From a virus: a stretch of DNA of 64,000 nucleotides. Within the stretch, counting starts at the first letter, position 1. Each line of letters opens with the position of its first letter. The notes under the pieces were generated by a model. It was not told the origin of the DNA and made no database searches. It worked only from the letters and a program-made list of their open reading frames with translations. Below, piece by piece: positions 9,253 through 17,535 of this stretch. The DNA is taken from IMG/VR virus record IMGVR_UViG_3300043788_000134, positions 1 through 64,000 of that record, one strand, 5' to 3'. The position numbers were made by a program, and so were the translations under genes.

Positions 9253-11052
9253 TCACGCCGCCACGCCAAACGTCGCGGTTTCCAGATCGCTCACGGCAAG
9301 CCCGAACGCCGCGAATCGATCGGCCCAGTACGGCGACGTGTGCAATCGCTCGCGCAATCGCGCGATAAGCTGCACCGGCACTCTGCCGTGCAAGCGATAT
9401 TCGAGGACGCCCAAGAAATAGAGCGCAAAACCGTTTTCTGGCGAGATCACTTCCGACAGCACCGTGAGATTTTGCATCTGTTGCTTGATCTTGACCGGCC
9501 GCGTTTCGTTCAAGAGCCGCCGAAAATTCAAATGATAGTTCATGTAGAACCAGATATCGGTTATCTGCTCGCCGGTCGGAATATCGTCTGGCTTGATTTT
9601 GGCGAAGGCTTCGCGAAAGCCGAGATGCGCGAGTATCAGACCTTGTTCGATCTCGGTTTGCTTGCCGTAAGAGCCGCCGGCAAAGCGCAACTCCTTCGAT
9701 CCCACGTCCTGGATAAGACCTTGCGCCACCATCGCATCATAAATAGGCGTATTCGGGAGCGGTTGCAGAGGGCTGATTCGATACCAATCACAGTCCATCT
9801 CGCGCGCCACATTGATCGTGTCGTGGACCATGCCGAGGGTTTCATTCGGAAAGCCCACCATCAAAAGGACGGACGTGTGAATTTGCTCATGCTCGCGGAA
9901 AATTTGCGCCGCCTCGATGAAGTTTTCGAGCGTGCCTGGTTTTTTGACTTGGCGCAAGATCGTCCGGTTGCCTGATTCCATGCCGATATTAACCGCGATA
10001 CAGCCAGACTCGGCCATCGCGGCAACAAGAGCCGGCGTACACGACGACGCGATGATGCCGTTGGTGGCGTCCCAGGTGACATCGATCTTTCTGCGGACAA
10101 TCTCATTGAACATTTGCGTGGCGCGGTGCTCGTCCTTCAAAAGATCGTCATCGAGCCACATGAAGTGGCCGACGCCGTAATCGTTCACCAGCATTTCGAT
10201 TTCATCGACGACGTTCGTATAGTCGCGTTGGCGCACGCCCTTGCCGTTGAAATTCCGCACCGAGCAGAACGTGCACTGCGCGCGGCATCCGCGATTGGAC
10301 AACACCGTGGCAAAAACCGTATCCTTGGGCTTGAAGCAATAAAACGCGCCGATCGTGCCGTGCTTGGAATGTTCGGGAATGTCGAGGAGGTCGAATGCCG
10401 GGATGATCGAGATATCTTCGGGCACGCAGTCGGCCGTTAGATGGATGCGTTCGGGTTTGTTGATGATGAGTTGAGCAAGGTCGGTCACGGGACGCAGCCG
10501 ATTCACGGCTTGGACAAAGCGCGGCAACGACTCGTCGGCTTCGCGAAGGAACGCGGCGGAGACACAGGGAATGTCATCAAGCACACGCTCCACGTCGTTC
10601 GTCACATGCACGCCACCGATGGCGACAGGAGCGTAAGCCGCGGCGAAGGTGCACACGTCCTTGAGCGACTGATGACTCATGGTGAACATGCAGCCGACGC
10701 CGATCAGGTCCGGTGCGGTGTCATAGATGGCCTTGAACAAAGCCCACTTCCACGTCGCCGTGTGGTCAAAGGCCCCGCTTCCCCGCGCCGCCTTGAGCAC
10801 GATATGATTCAGGTTCAGAATCTGCATATCCACGTCGATGGCGCGAAGCTGTTGCGCCAGCAACGCCAGTCCGTAGGGAGGGTAATTGGTGTAGCGACCG
10901 CGCTTGGCGATTTCAGGACGGAACAGGTTGGCATCCGCGTCGGGGGGGTTGACCAGAAGCACGCGGCGGATTTGGCGGGCGGGAAATAGCGCAGAGAGAG
11001 CCGCGTCCACAGCGGTTGGGTCATGAGAGCGGAGTGGCGGGGATAGGGTCAT
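9253..11052 (-). CDS. B12-binding-domain radical SAM enzyme (class B-like)
   Basis: 599 aa. N-terminal RVLLVNPP...YPPYGLALLA resembles a cobalamin-binding domain. CRAQCTFC is a CxxxCxxC cluster motif. The ATG lies inside element 11015-11060. Confidence 0.8.
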   Translation of the reverse strand: MTLSPPLRSHDPTAVDAALSALFPARQIRRVLLVNPPDADANLFRPEIAKRGRYTNYPPYGLALLAQQLRAIDVDMQILNLNHIVLKAARGSGAFDHTATWKWALFKAIYDTAPDLIGVGCMFTMSHQSLKDVCTFAAAYAPVAIGGVHVTNDVERVLDDIPCVSAAFLREADESLPRFVQAVNRLRPVTDLAQLIINKPERIHLTADCVPEDISIIPAFDLLDIPEHSKHGTIGAFYCFKPKDTVFATVLSNRGCRAQCTFCSVRNFNGKGVRQRDYTNVVDEIEMLVNDYGVGHFMWLDDDLLKDEHRATQMFNEIVRRKIDVTWDATNGIIASSCTPALVAAMAESGCIAVNIGMESGNRTILRQVKKPGTLENFIEAAQIFREHEQIHTSVLLMVGFPNETLGMVHDTINVAREMDCDWYRISPLQPLPNTPIYDAMVAQGLIQDVGSKELRFAGGSYGKQTEIEQGLILAHLGFREAFAKIKPDDIPTGEQITDIWFYMNYHLNFRRLLNETRPVKIKQQMQNLTVLSEVISPENGFALYFLGVLEYRLHGRVPVQLIARLRERLHTSPYWADRFAAFGLAVSDLETATFGVAA

Positions 11053-11060
11053 CGGTCACC
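11015..11060 (-). repeat. TGACC-box intergenic element, class B1
   Basis: Reverse complement is GGTGACCGATGACCCTATCCCCGCCACTCCGCTCTCATGACCCAAC. It contains the ORF start of 9253-11052. Confidence 0.85.
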
Positions 11061-11072
11061 GTTCTATTGAGC

Positions 11073-11285
11073 TCAAACTACGCCGATGTAAGCGGCCTTA
11101 AACCGTTGATAACTATCCTCCAGTACAGCCGCATCCAGATGATCAAAGGCGTTGAACCGTAAATGGGGATATTTCTCTAGGGTTGCCTCATGGCCACATT
11201 TGCCATCCTCTGGAACGCCGCGACGCAGTTCTTCGAGGCAAAAGGGGCACACGTCGTTGAACGGATCGAACGCGGTCATTGCCAT
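11073..11285 (-). CDS. small Zn-ribbon-like protein
   Basis: ORF 11073-11417. Start ATG 11285 follows GGGGGAGG. CPFC...C.H motif. C-terminal similarity to 15655-15930 (YPHL/FPHL...Y motif). Confidence 0.5.
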   Translation of the reverse strand: MAMTAFDPFNDVCPFCLEELRRGVPEDGKCGHEATLEKYPHLRFNAFDHLDAAVLEDSYQRFKAAYIGVV

Positions 11286-11319
11286 TACTGTGCCTCCCCC
11301 TGATTTTACCATGGTCAGC

Positions 11320-11357
11320 GTTGACCGCACCGGAATCCCTGCGGTTCCGTGACCAAA
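11320..11357 (+). repeat. TGACC-box intergenic element, class A2
   Basis: GTTGACCGCACCGGAATCCCTGCGGTTCCGTGACCAAA. It ends 2 nt from the stop of 11360-12280. Antisense. Confidence 0.85.
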
Positions 11358-11359
11358 TC

Positions 11360-12280
11360 TTAATTCACCGGGAGACGTTCCGCAACACGTCCGCCGAACG
11401 ATTGCCGGAATCGCCACCGATCGATGCGTGCCACCTTGTAGGCAATAACATCAATCGACGGCGTGAATTTCGTCGCCATACCTCCGGTCGGCTTCAACGA
11501 CGCCCGCAACGGCCGAGGTTCGCTATAGACGATTTCGGAGAACGGCACCGGCTCAAACGCCATCCGGGCGCCCAACAGGCTTTGCTCTTTGACCATTTGC
11601 GCCAATTCCGCCCGCGACACCGCCGGTTGACTGACCAGATGATAAATCCGTCGCGTCACGGGCTTTGTCGCAATTTCCAATAAGCCTCTCGCCGTATCGT
11701 TCACGTCCGATACATTGAAAATATTATCCACCGCCATGCGCGCGTTCGGTTTGAGCAGCGTTTCATAGCATTGCGCCACCGGGCAGTGCTGGCCTTGGAC
11801 CCATCCCACGTTCCATCCCGTGCGCGCCACGACGCCGCGCGGCGTGCACAGCACATGACTTTCCACGGCAGCTTTCAATGCGCCGTAGACATTGAGCGGG
11901 CGTCGTGCGGTATCTTCGGAGCAATCCCCCGCTTTACCGTCAAACACCTGGTCGGTAGATAAAAACACCACCCGCGCGCCGGCGTCGTCCGCATCATCGA
12001 CGAGGTTCTTGCTGGCGTGCAGATTCAAAAGCCACGCCGCTTCCTGATTCGCGTAAATCCACGCAGGAGCGATATAGCCCGCAAGCAGCACCACCACATC
12101 GTCAGCATTCAAGTCGGGAACCACGGTGCGCAGCGACGCGGTTCGCATGTCGAACGGCACGAGGCCGTAGCGCACACGGCTTAAAGCGGTGCCAATGGCT
12201 GGTACACGCGCGGTGCGGGCCTCTTGGTGAAGCACACTGCCGATGACGCCGGAGGCACCGACGATGATGATTCGGGTCAT
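11360..12280 (-). CDS. NAD(P)-dependent sugar-nucleotide reductase/epimerase, RmlD-like
   Basis: MTRIIIVGASGVIGS Rossmann motif at the N-terminus. STDQVFDG and YGALK (YxxxK) motifs. The ATG is the ATG of the element's CATGACCC end. Confidence 0.75.
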   Translation of the reverse strand: MTRIIIVGASGVIGSVLHQEARTARVPAIGTALSRVRYGLVPFDMRTASLRTVVPDLNADDVVVLLAGYIAPAWIYANQEAAWLLNLHASKNLVDDADDAGARVVFLSTDQVFDGKAGDCSEDTARRPLNVYGALKAAVESHVLCTPRGVVARTGWNVGWVQGQHCPVAQCYETLLKPNARMAVDNIFNVSDVNDTARGLLEIATKPVTRRIYHLVSQPAVSRAELAQMVKEQSLLGARMAFEPVPFSEIVYSEPRPLRASLKPTGGMATKFTPSIDVIAYKVARIDRWRFRQSFGGRVAERLPVN

Positions 12281-12317
12281 GAGAGCGGAGCGGCGAGTGA
12301 GAGGATTATCGGTCACC
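12271..12317 (-). repeat. TGACC-box intergenic element, class B1
   Basis: Reverse complement is GGTGACCGATAATCCTCTCACTCGCCGCTCCGCTCTCATGACCCGAA. Its ATG is the start codon of 11360-12280. Confidence 0.85.
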
Positions 12318-12329
12318 GTTGCTCACAAA

Positions 12330-12575
12330 TTATTGCGGCCGACTTCGACGACAACAATCTTGCTCGGATCGACCATTTCGCTCAGCGTCTCGACGGCGTT
12401 CTTGTCCCGGTCGTACGGCTTTGATCGCCGCTTCGGCGCGTCTGCCATAGAACGCCAGATCGTGAGTGTAGGCAGCGCGGCCGATCAGGAACGAAATGAC
12501 AGAATAGATACCGCCAATGTCGCCCAAGAGGCGGCCGGTGGAAGTTCCGAGAACGGCGTGAGTTGGAAATTTCAT
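12330..12575 (-). CDS. small hypothetical phage protein
   Basis: ORF 12330-12614. ATG 12575 follows AGGAGGG. Sequence MKFPTHAVLGTSTGRLLGDIGGIYSVISFLIG... Confidence 0.5.
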   Translation of the reverse strand: MKFPTHAVLGTSTGRLLGDIGGIYSVISFLIGRAAYTHDLAFYGRRAEAAIKAVRPGQERRRDAERNGRSEQDCCRRSRPQ

Positions 12576-12603
12576 AGCTTCCCTCCTATTACAAACAACC
12601 GCG

Positions 12604-12642
12604 GTTGACCGCACCGTAATCCCGGCCTCTCGTGATCCAAAG
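12604..12642 (+). repeat. TGACC-box intergenic element, class A1
   Basis: GTTGACCGCACCGTAATCCCGGCCTCTCGTGATCCAAAG. It ends 1 nt from the stop of 12644-13594. Antisense. Confidence 0.9.
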
Positions 12643-12643
12643 A

Positions 12644-13594
12644 CTACTCCGCCGCAACCTCAAATCCCCGATGCAGATCGCTCGCCGGCTTATTCCACAC
12701 CGTACAGCCGGAGCACATATCGATCCGATCGCGATTCCCCGCAAGATGGAGTTCGCGCCGCTCATTCTGCAGCTTGCTTTGCCACAACTCCGCGATGGAA
12801 TGCGTCGCCACATCGCCCAGCGGATGTTTGTTGTTGTAATCGACATTGCACATCGGCACCTTGCCGTCGGCAAAGATCACCATGAGCGACCACAGCGCCA
12901 CGCAAGGCAGTTTGTTCGGCCTTTCCGGATCAAAGCCAGCCAACTGGCCGCCCCAATTGTGAATATTGAGAAAATAGCAGCGGTCATTATCGCGCAACAA
13001 CGGTTTCCAATAGGCATAGAACGCCGGAAACTCATCGCGATTGGATTCCTGGCGAATCATCCGCACCCAGATCGAGCATGACGGGCGGATTTTGTCGCGC
13101 ATTTTGATAAACCGCAGAGCGTTCTTCATCACGGTCTCAAAATTAAGCCGCACGCGGATTGCTTCAAACACGGCCTTGTCGAGACTGTCAATCGACAGCA
13201 CCACTTCATCGATTCCAGCCTCAAGAATCGCCGTGGCGCGATCCTCGTCCAGCAATTCGACGTTGGTGGAAATGCCGACGTTCTTGATGCCGCCGCCCTT
13301 CAATCGCTTGATGCGCTTCGGCAGCTTCTTGTCCAAAAGCGGTTCGCCGTCGCGATAAAGCGCCACGCGCTTGACATCGTGCTTGTGCGCGCAAATCTCC
13401 GCCGCGATGACCTCGAACAGCGCGTCGTTCATGCTCGGCGTATGGCGCGTCCAATCGTCGATCGTGCACATCGGACAGCGCGCGTTGCAGGCGTTCACCG
13501 TCTCGATCTCGAAATAGAGCGGAAAATCGGAAAGCGACGCGAACGGCCGCTCCGGCGCGATGCGATTTGACAGGTAGGTTTCGAGCGGCGTCAT
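12644..13594 (-). CDS. radical SAM enzyme with SPASM/twitch-like C-terminal Cys cluster
   Basis: ORF 12644-13834. Start ATG 13594 overlaps the upstream stop (ATGA). CNARCPMC is a CxxxCxxC motif. C-terminal C...C...CSGC cysteines. Confidence 0.8.
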   Translation of the reverse strand: MTPLETYLSNRIAPERPFASLSDFPLYFEIETVNACNARCPMCTIDDWTRHTPSMNDALFEVIAAEICAHKHDVKRVALYRDGEPLLDKKLPKRIKRLKGGGIKNVGISTNVELLDEDRATAILEAGIDEVVLSIDSLDKAVFEAIRVRLNFETVMKNALRFIKMRDKIRPSCSIWVRMIRQESNRDEFPAFYAYWKPLLRDNDRCYFLNIHNWGGQLAGFDPERPNKLPCVALWSLMVIFADGKVPMCNVDYNNKHPLGDVATHSIAELWQSKLQNERRELHLAGNRDRIDMCSGCTVWNKPASDLHRGFEVAAE

Positions 13595-14424
13595 TCCGCC
13601 GCCACCGCCTGTGGCTGCTGTTGCGGCTGCGCTTCGACCTGCTGCGCGGGAGGAAACGGCGTCGCCACCTGGAAGATTTGCTTTTGCATCGCCTCTTGCA
13701 TGGCCGCCTGTGCTTCGGCTTGCGCCTGCTGCTGCGTAATGTGCTGCAGGTAGCACGCCGAATAATCGTGCATCCCGACGTGCGAAATCGGATAGGCGAT
13801 GGCCGCCCACACCTGACCGCCGCAACGGTTCCAACGGATGCAGAACGATAAATCCTCCGACACGATCCCGCGTTCGGGAATGTCCAGCTTCTCAAAGGCG
13901 CGAATCAATCGCGTGGCGCCGGCCTGTTTCATAAGGCTTGCGGCCGGATGAAGATCGAGCCGCGTATCCACGAGTTCGGGAAATTGCTGCAGCATCTTCG
14001 TCACAACATCGCGACGAATCAGCGTGCAGCCCATGCCGACGCCTTCCACCAGCATAAAATTACCCCGGCGTTCCGTGGTCGGACCGCCGGAGCCCGATCC
14101 CGCCCATGACGTGGGATAGCGCCGTTGCGGATAGATCGTGCCGACCACGGGTTCGTCGAACAAAATCATGTCGAGAACCATTTCGGGCGAAAAGCCCATA
14201 TCGGAATCGATCTGCAGGAAATAATCGACTTGCGGCATCGTATCGTACCAGATCGTCAGTGCCATCGATCGCAGTTCGGCGATGTCGGGGAATGACAGCG
14301 CGGACACTGAGGCATTGATCGCCTTCGCCGCGAGCATCTGTTGCAATTGCAGCGTGGTCAGGAACGTCGTCGTCGTCAGCGTGTTGCCGAAGGCGGGGAT
14401 GAAGGTGAAAACGTGCTTTGCCAT
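13591..14424 (-). CDS. glycosyltransferase-like protein (GT-A type)
   Basis: ORF 13591-14565. Start ATG 14424 (MAKHVFTFIPAFG...). LQIDSDMGF is a DxD-like motif. The ORF's upstream extension is just element translation. Confidence 0.55.
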   Translation of the reverse strand: MAKHVFTFIPAFGNTLTTTTFLTTLQLQQMLAAKAINASVSALSFPDIAELRSMALTIWYDTMPQVDYFLQIDSDMGFSPEMVLDMILFDEPVVGTIYPQRRYPTSWAGSGSGGPTTERRGNFMLVEGVGMGCTLIRRDVVTKMLQQFPELVDTRLDLHPAASLMKQAGATRLIRAFEKLDIPERGIVSEDLSFCIRWNRCGGQVWAAIAYPISHVGMHDYSACYLQHITQQQAQAEAQAAMQEAMQKQIFQVATPFPPAQQVEAQPQQQPQAVAAE

Positions 14425-14439
14425 TTTATGCTCGGTTTT

Positions 14440-14478
14440 GTTTGGGTCACGAGAGGCCGGGATTACGGTGCGGTCAAC
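14440..14478 (-). repeat. TGACC-box intergenic element, class A1
   Basis: Reverse complement is GTTGACCGCACCGTAATCCCGGCCTCTCGTGACCCAAAC. It lies 16 nt upstream of ATG 14424. It is a near-perfect inverted copy of 12604-12642. Confidence 0.9.
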
Positions 14479-15421
14479 CGGCGTAAGCGCGAGGAAACGA
14501 AACAATCGTATTCGACGGCGACAGCGCCTCGCGGAACGCGCTCGCTTGCGCCTTGTCCATCCCAAAATCGTCGAGCAGATGCGGAATCATGTCGATGGCG
14601 CGCTGCTTGATGCGCAGATAGCGCTCGTCTTTCGGATTAAGCCCGGACATCATGTCGAGTTGCCGCGACTGGGCCCGCACGGTGTCGTTGACCCACTTGG
14701 AACGGTATTCGATCAGCGGATGATGCCGCAGCAGAATGTCCTTATGCCATTGCGGCGTATTGAAGTCAGGATCATTGATGATCTTGTGCGCTTCGGCGCG
14801 GCGCTTGAGATAAGCCGCATCGAACCACGTCGCCCACCAGCCCGGCTCGCGCATTTCCATGGTTTTGCCGGCACCGGATTGGTCTGTCCCCACATCGGCA
14901 AACGAAATACGCCCGATCATTCGCCCCACGTCGTCGGTCCAATGGTCGGCAAACCAATACGGGAAATATTCCGGCTGCAGCTTGTTGTCGTTTTTCTCCG
15001 CCCATTTTGCGGTATAGGCGATCACGCTCGGAAACGAAGCGTTTGCCATCCGGCCATAGACAATGCCGATGCCGTCAGGAAAACGTAACGCGGCCTCCAG
15101 CAGCAATTCGTCGGTATTCGGCGTGATATAAACGTCATCGTCGGACGCATTGAGGTAAAGATCGCCAGGCTCCGACAATCCGCGATTCCATTTTCCGGCT
15201 ACGGTATCGTCGCGCTTTTTGACGTTGATCGTAATGCGCGGATCGAGCTTGCCTTCGTCGTATGCCGCGCCAAGCATCGCCACCGTAGCGAAGTCGTCCG
15301 AATCACACTGCACGATGACCTTGGTATCCGCCCGCGAAAAGCACGCCATGTGGCGCGGCAGCGTCCCCATCAACTGTTGCGCACGATTGCGCGTCGCCAC
15401 GCTTACAACAAGTCGCGCCAT
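14474..15421 (-). CDS. glycosyltransferase family 2-like protein
   Basis: 315 aa. N-terminal LVVSVATRNR strand and NASDDDVY acidic motif are typical of the GT-A fold. Confidence 0.55.
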   Translation of the reverse strand: MARLVVSVATRNRAQQLMGTLPRHMACFSRADTKVIVQCDSDDFATVAMLGAAYDEGKLDPRITINVKKRDDTVAGKWNRGLSEPGDLYLNASDDDVYITPNTDELLLEAALRFPDGIGIVYGRMANASFPSVIAYTAKWAEKNDNKLQPEYFPYWFADHWTDDVGRMIGRISFADVGTDQSGAGKTMEMREPGWWATWFDAAYLKRRAEAHKIINDPDFNTPQWHKDILLRHHPLIEYRSKWVNDTVRAQSRQLDMMSGLNPKDERYLRIKQRAIDMIPHLLDDFGMDKAQASAFREALSPSNTIVSFPRAYAG

Positions 15422-15432
15422 GTTTTACCTCC

Positions 15433-15645
15433 CTATTTCCAACGTCCAAGGTCTAGCTGTTCCGGCGGCGCCGTAGGCGCTTCCATGACCACACCATCGA
15501 TCACCATAGGTGGTCGCGCCAATTGCGGCCCGCACTTCACGACACAATAGCCGTCGGCATCATACGTGCCGACAAAATATTTTCGCTCGCTATTGAACGG
15601 CATTAAGAGACACGGAGTTCCAACTAACTCGGCAGGGAACGGCAT
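15433..15645 (-). CDS. hypothetical protein
   Basis: ORF track, 70 aa, within the sugar-modification cluster. Confidence 0.4.
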   Translation of the reverse strand: MPFPAELVGTPCLLMPFNSERKYFVGTYDADGYCVVKCGPQLARPPMVIDGVVMEAPTAPPEQLDLGRWK

Positions 15646-15654
15646 AAACGACTC

Positions 15655-15930
15655 CTACGATTGGGGACTCAAATAGTGTGTATCCGTTGCACGTTCCACA
15701 CCGTACAGTGATTTATAAAAATCATCCGCTTGCTTCATCAGGTGCGGGAATACCTCTTTGGTGCAATCAAAACACCATAAATCCTCGCCACACACGCCAA
15801 CAGATGCACCACCGAAACAGGGTGATACATTAATCTTCCATGCGGTCATGAGTGTTGTCTCGGCACGACATCGGTCACAGTAATATGACGCTGGCACTTC
15901 CCGCTTGGCTATTTTTTTATCAAGAAACAT
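15655..15930 (-). CDS. small Cys-rich Zn-ribbon-like protein
   Basis: ORF 15655-16026. Start ATG 15930 (MFLDKKIAKRE...). CDRC...CFDC motifs. Paralog-like to 11073-11285. Confidence 0.5.
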   Translation of the reverse strand: MFLDKKIAKREVPASYYCDRCRAETTLMTAWKINVSPCFGGASVGVCGEDLWCFDCTKEVFPHLMKQADDFYKSLYGVERATDTHYLSPQS

Positions 15931-15951
15931 CGCACATCCCTTCCACGATTG

Positions 15952-16000
15952 GGTGACCGTGATGCGGCTATGCTTGCACCGCGAGTGAATGATCCACAAC
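15952..16000 (+). repeat. TGACC-box intergenic element, degenerate class B
   Basis: GGTGACCGTGATGCGGCTATGCTTGCACCGCGAGTGAATGATCCACAAC. It overlaps the stop of 15968-16546. Antisense. Confidence 0.6.
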
Positions 16001-16546
16001 CTTTTTTTGCGACCGCCACGGATCAAAAAAGCTTCCGTTCCATCGCGTCAGTCCGACCTTGCGCGCCACACCGATATCGACGACCATTCCCGCGAAATCC
16101 TCAACGTCCTCGCTGGAAATCCGCGAGGGCCGCACGATCGCCGCAGGGACCGTGCGCAGATACGACTCAACATGTGCCTTTTGCCGTCCATAAGCCGTGG
16201 CACCAGCTTTCTCCACGGCCTCCGACGAAATGAATACAATAAATGCGCCGGTTTGCACATAATGTTGCGCAATCTCTATCTGCGCGTCCACATTCACCCG
16301 CCACGATAACGGATTCGATTCACAGTCCACAAATTTGCTCATCGCGCCGACCAGATAAATCGTGCCACTCGTTATCATCGGCAGATATTGCCAATCGATC
16401 GCCGCGAGATCAAGAAACACCGGATCGGGCCAAGATGGAAAGGCGCCGACCTTGCGGCTCGTCGCTTGCCACGCCAAGTGACGGCGCTGTAATTCCTGTC
16501 GCAATGCCATTCCGACCAGGCCATCACCCCCAATCACGAAATGCAC
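15968..16546 (-). CDS. short NAD(P)-binding SDR/epimerase-like protein
   Basis: MHFVIGGDGLVGMAL Rossmann motif and YGRQK (YxxxK). 192 aa. Confidence 0.6.
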   Translation of the reverse strand: MHFVIGGDGLVGMALRQELQRRHLAWQATSRKVGAFPSWPDPVFLDLAAIDWQYLPMITSGTIYLVGAMSKFVDCESNPLSWRVNVDAQIEIAQHYVQTGAFIVFISSEAVEKAGATAYGRQKAHVESYLRTVPAAIVRPSRISSEDVEDFAGMVVDIGVARKVGLTRWNGSFFDPWRSQKKVVDHSLAVQA

Positions 16547-16549
16547 GGG

Positions 16550-17170
16550 TCACTCTCCGGGTTCGGCGAGCGGCAAGGACGGCGATGGAATATCGAGCGC
16601 CGGATCAATCGACATGCGGAGATTGCCGCCGGTGCCGCGATATTTTGGATTCATCGAGTCCTCGGGCATATTGCGCGCCAGCCCCGCTTTGCCGCCCATC
16701 AGCGATTCGTCGCGGTCGCGCATCTGTCGCCGCGCCGCCGCTTCTTCTTCCTGCGCCGCTTCCAACGTCATGCTCAGCGGCCGTTCTTCGAGCCTCATGC
16801 CGTCGCGGATGATGTCGCCTTTTTTGCCGACAGGCACGAAGCGGCCGGGATGTCGCTCCGCCGGCACGGGGCGCCAGCCGTTTTCGTACATCTGCATCGC
16901 CTGACCGACCGTCAAATCCTCGCGGTTATAGACGGTCACCGTGTTCCATTGGTAGCTGTAGCCCTTGGGAATCAGTTCCTTGGGGATGTGGAATTGATCG
17001 ATGCCGGCTTGACGATGACGTGTCAGCACATTGCCGTCACGGTCGCGATGCACGACTTTCGCCTCACGCGTCGGCTGGCGCGTCGAACCGCGAGGGCGCC
17101 CGCGGCGTGGCGCAGTTGGCTGTTCCGCGGTTTCGAGCGCGGCTTCGTCGATGCTTTCGGCTTCGGTCAT
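16550..17170 (-). CDS. head-module protein, paralog-like to 17167-17529
   Basis: ORF 16550-17215. ATG 17170 overlaps the upstream stop. Shared motif YQWN...GW.PVPA..HP. RGRPRGS basic stretch. Confidence 0.5.
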   Translation of the reverse strand: MTEAESIDEAALETAEQPTAPRRGRPRGSTRQPTREAKVVHRDRDGNVLTRHRQAGIDQFHIPKELIPKGYSYQWNTVTVYNREDLTVGQAMQMYENGWRPVPAERHPGRFVPVGKKGDIIRDGMRLEERPLSMTLEAAQEEEAAARRQMRDRDESLMGGKAGLARNMPEDSMNPKYRGTGGNLRMSIDPALDIPSPSLPLAEPGE

Positions 17171-17529
17171 GAGCAGGTTTCCTTTGAGATAAGATCGAAC
17201 AACCATCGAAGCCACAGCCGGCGGGCTACGCGGCGAACAATCACGACTTGCGTTACCGTAACTGGCTGCGGCTTTTCGACAATGATCGGGGACGTTTCCA
17301 CAATACGCGCGGCGGTTTTGTCATCCCCAATCCGTCTGAATTCCGGCGGGGGCTTGTTCGGATGCCACTTCGCCGGTACTGGCACCCAGCCGTCGGCAAG
17401 CATCCTAAAATAGCTTTCTTGCACTTCGCCCAGAACTTTTTTAGCATTCCATTGATAGGTCATCCCCACAGGCACCATGCTTTTTGGAAAGTCAAACGGA
17501 TCACTGCGTTTAACTGGCGTAAGACTCAT
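17167..17529 (-). CDS. head-module protein with YQWN...GWVPVPAKWHP motif
   Basis: ORF track, 120 aa. Confidence 0.5.
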   Translation of the reverse strand: MSLTPVKRSDPFDFPKSMVPVGMTYQWNAKKVLGEVQESYFRMLADGWVPVPAKWHPNKPPPEFRRIGDDKTAARIVETSPIIVEKPQPVTVTQVVIVRRVARRLWLRWLFDLISKETCS

Positions 17530-17535
17530 GACCGC

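Noticed and set aside
12330-13594. A small ORF next to a SPASM radical SAM enzyme might be a RiPP precursor-maturase pair.
   Set aside because: The 81-aa product (MKFPTHAVLGTSTGRLLGDIGGIYSVISFLIG...) looks like an ordinary small phage protein. It has no Cys, Ser or Thr-rich core or leader-like architecture. An element copy separates it from the enzyme, and the surrounding genes point to sugar chemistry. I cannot support a RiPP call.
9253-16546. The island might encode hopanoid side-chain or methylation enzymes (HpnG/H/I/J/P-like set).
   Set aside because: This rests only on the loose co-occurrence of enzyme classes: radical SAMs, a B12 domain, a glycosyltransferase, and a nucleosidase elsewhere. 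No sequence-level evidence is visible without searches. I mention it only as an unverified alternative under the island finding.
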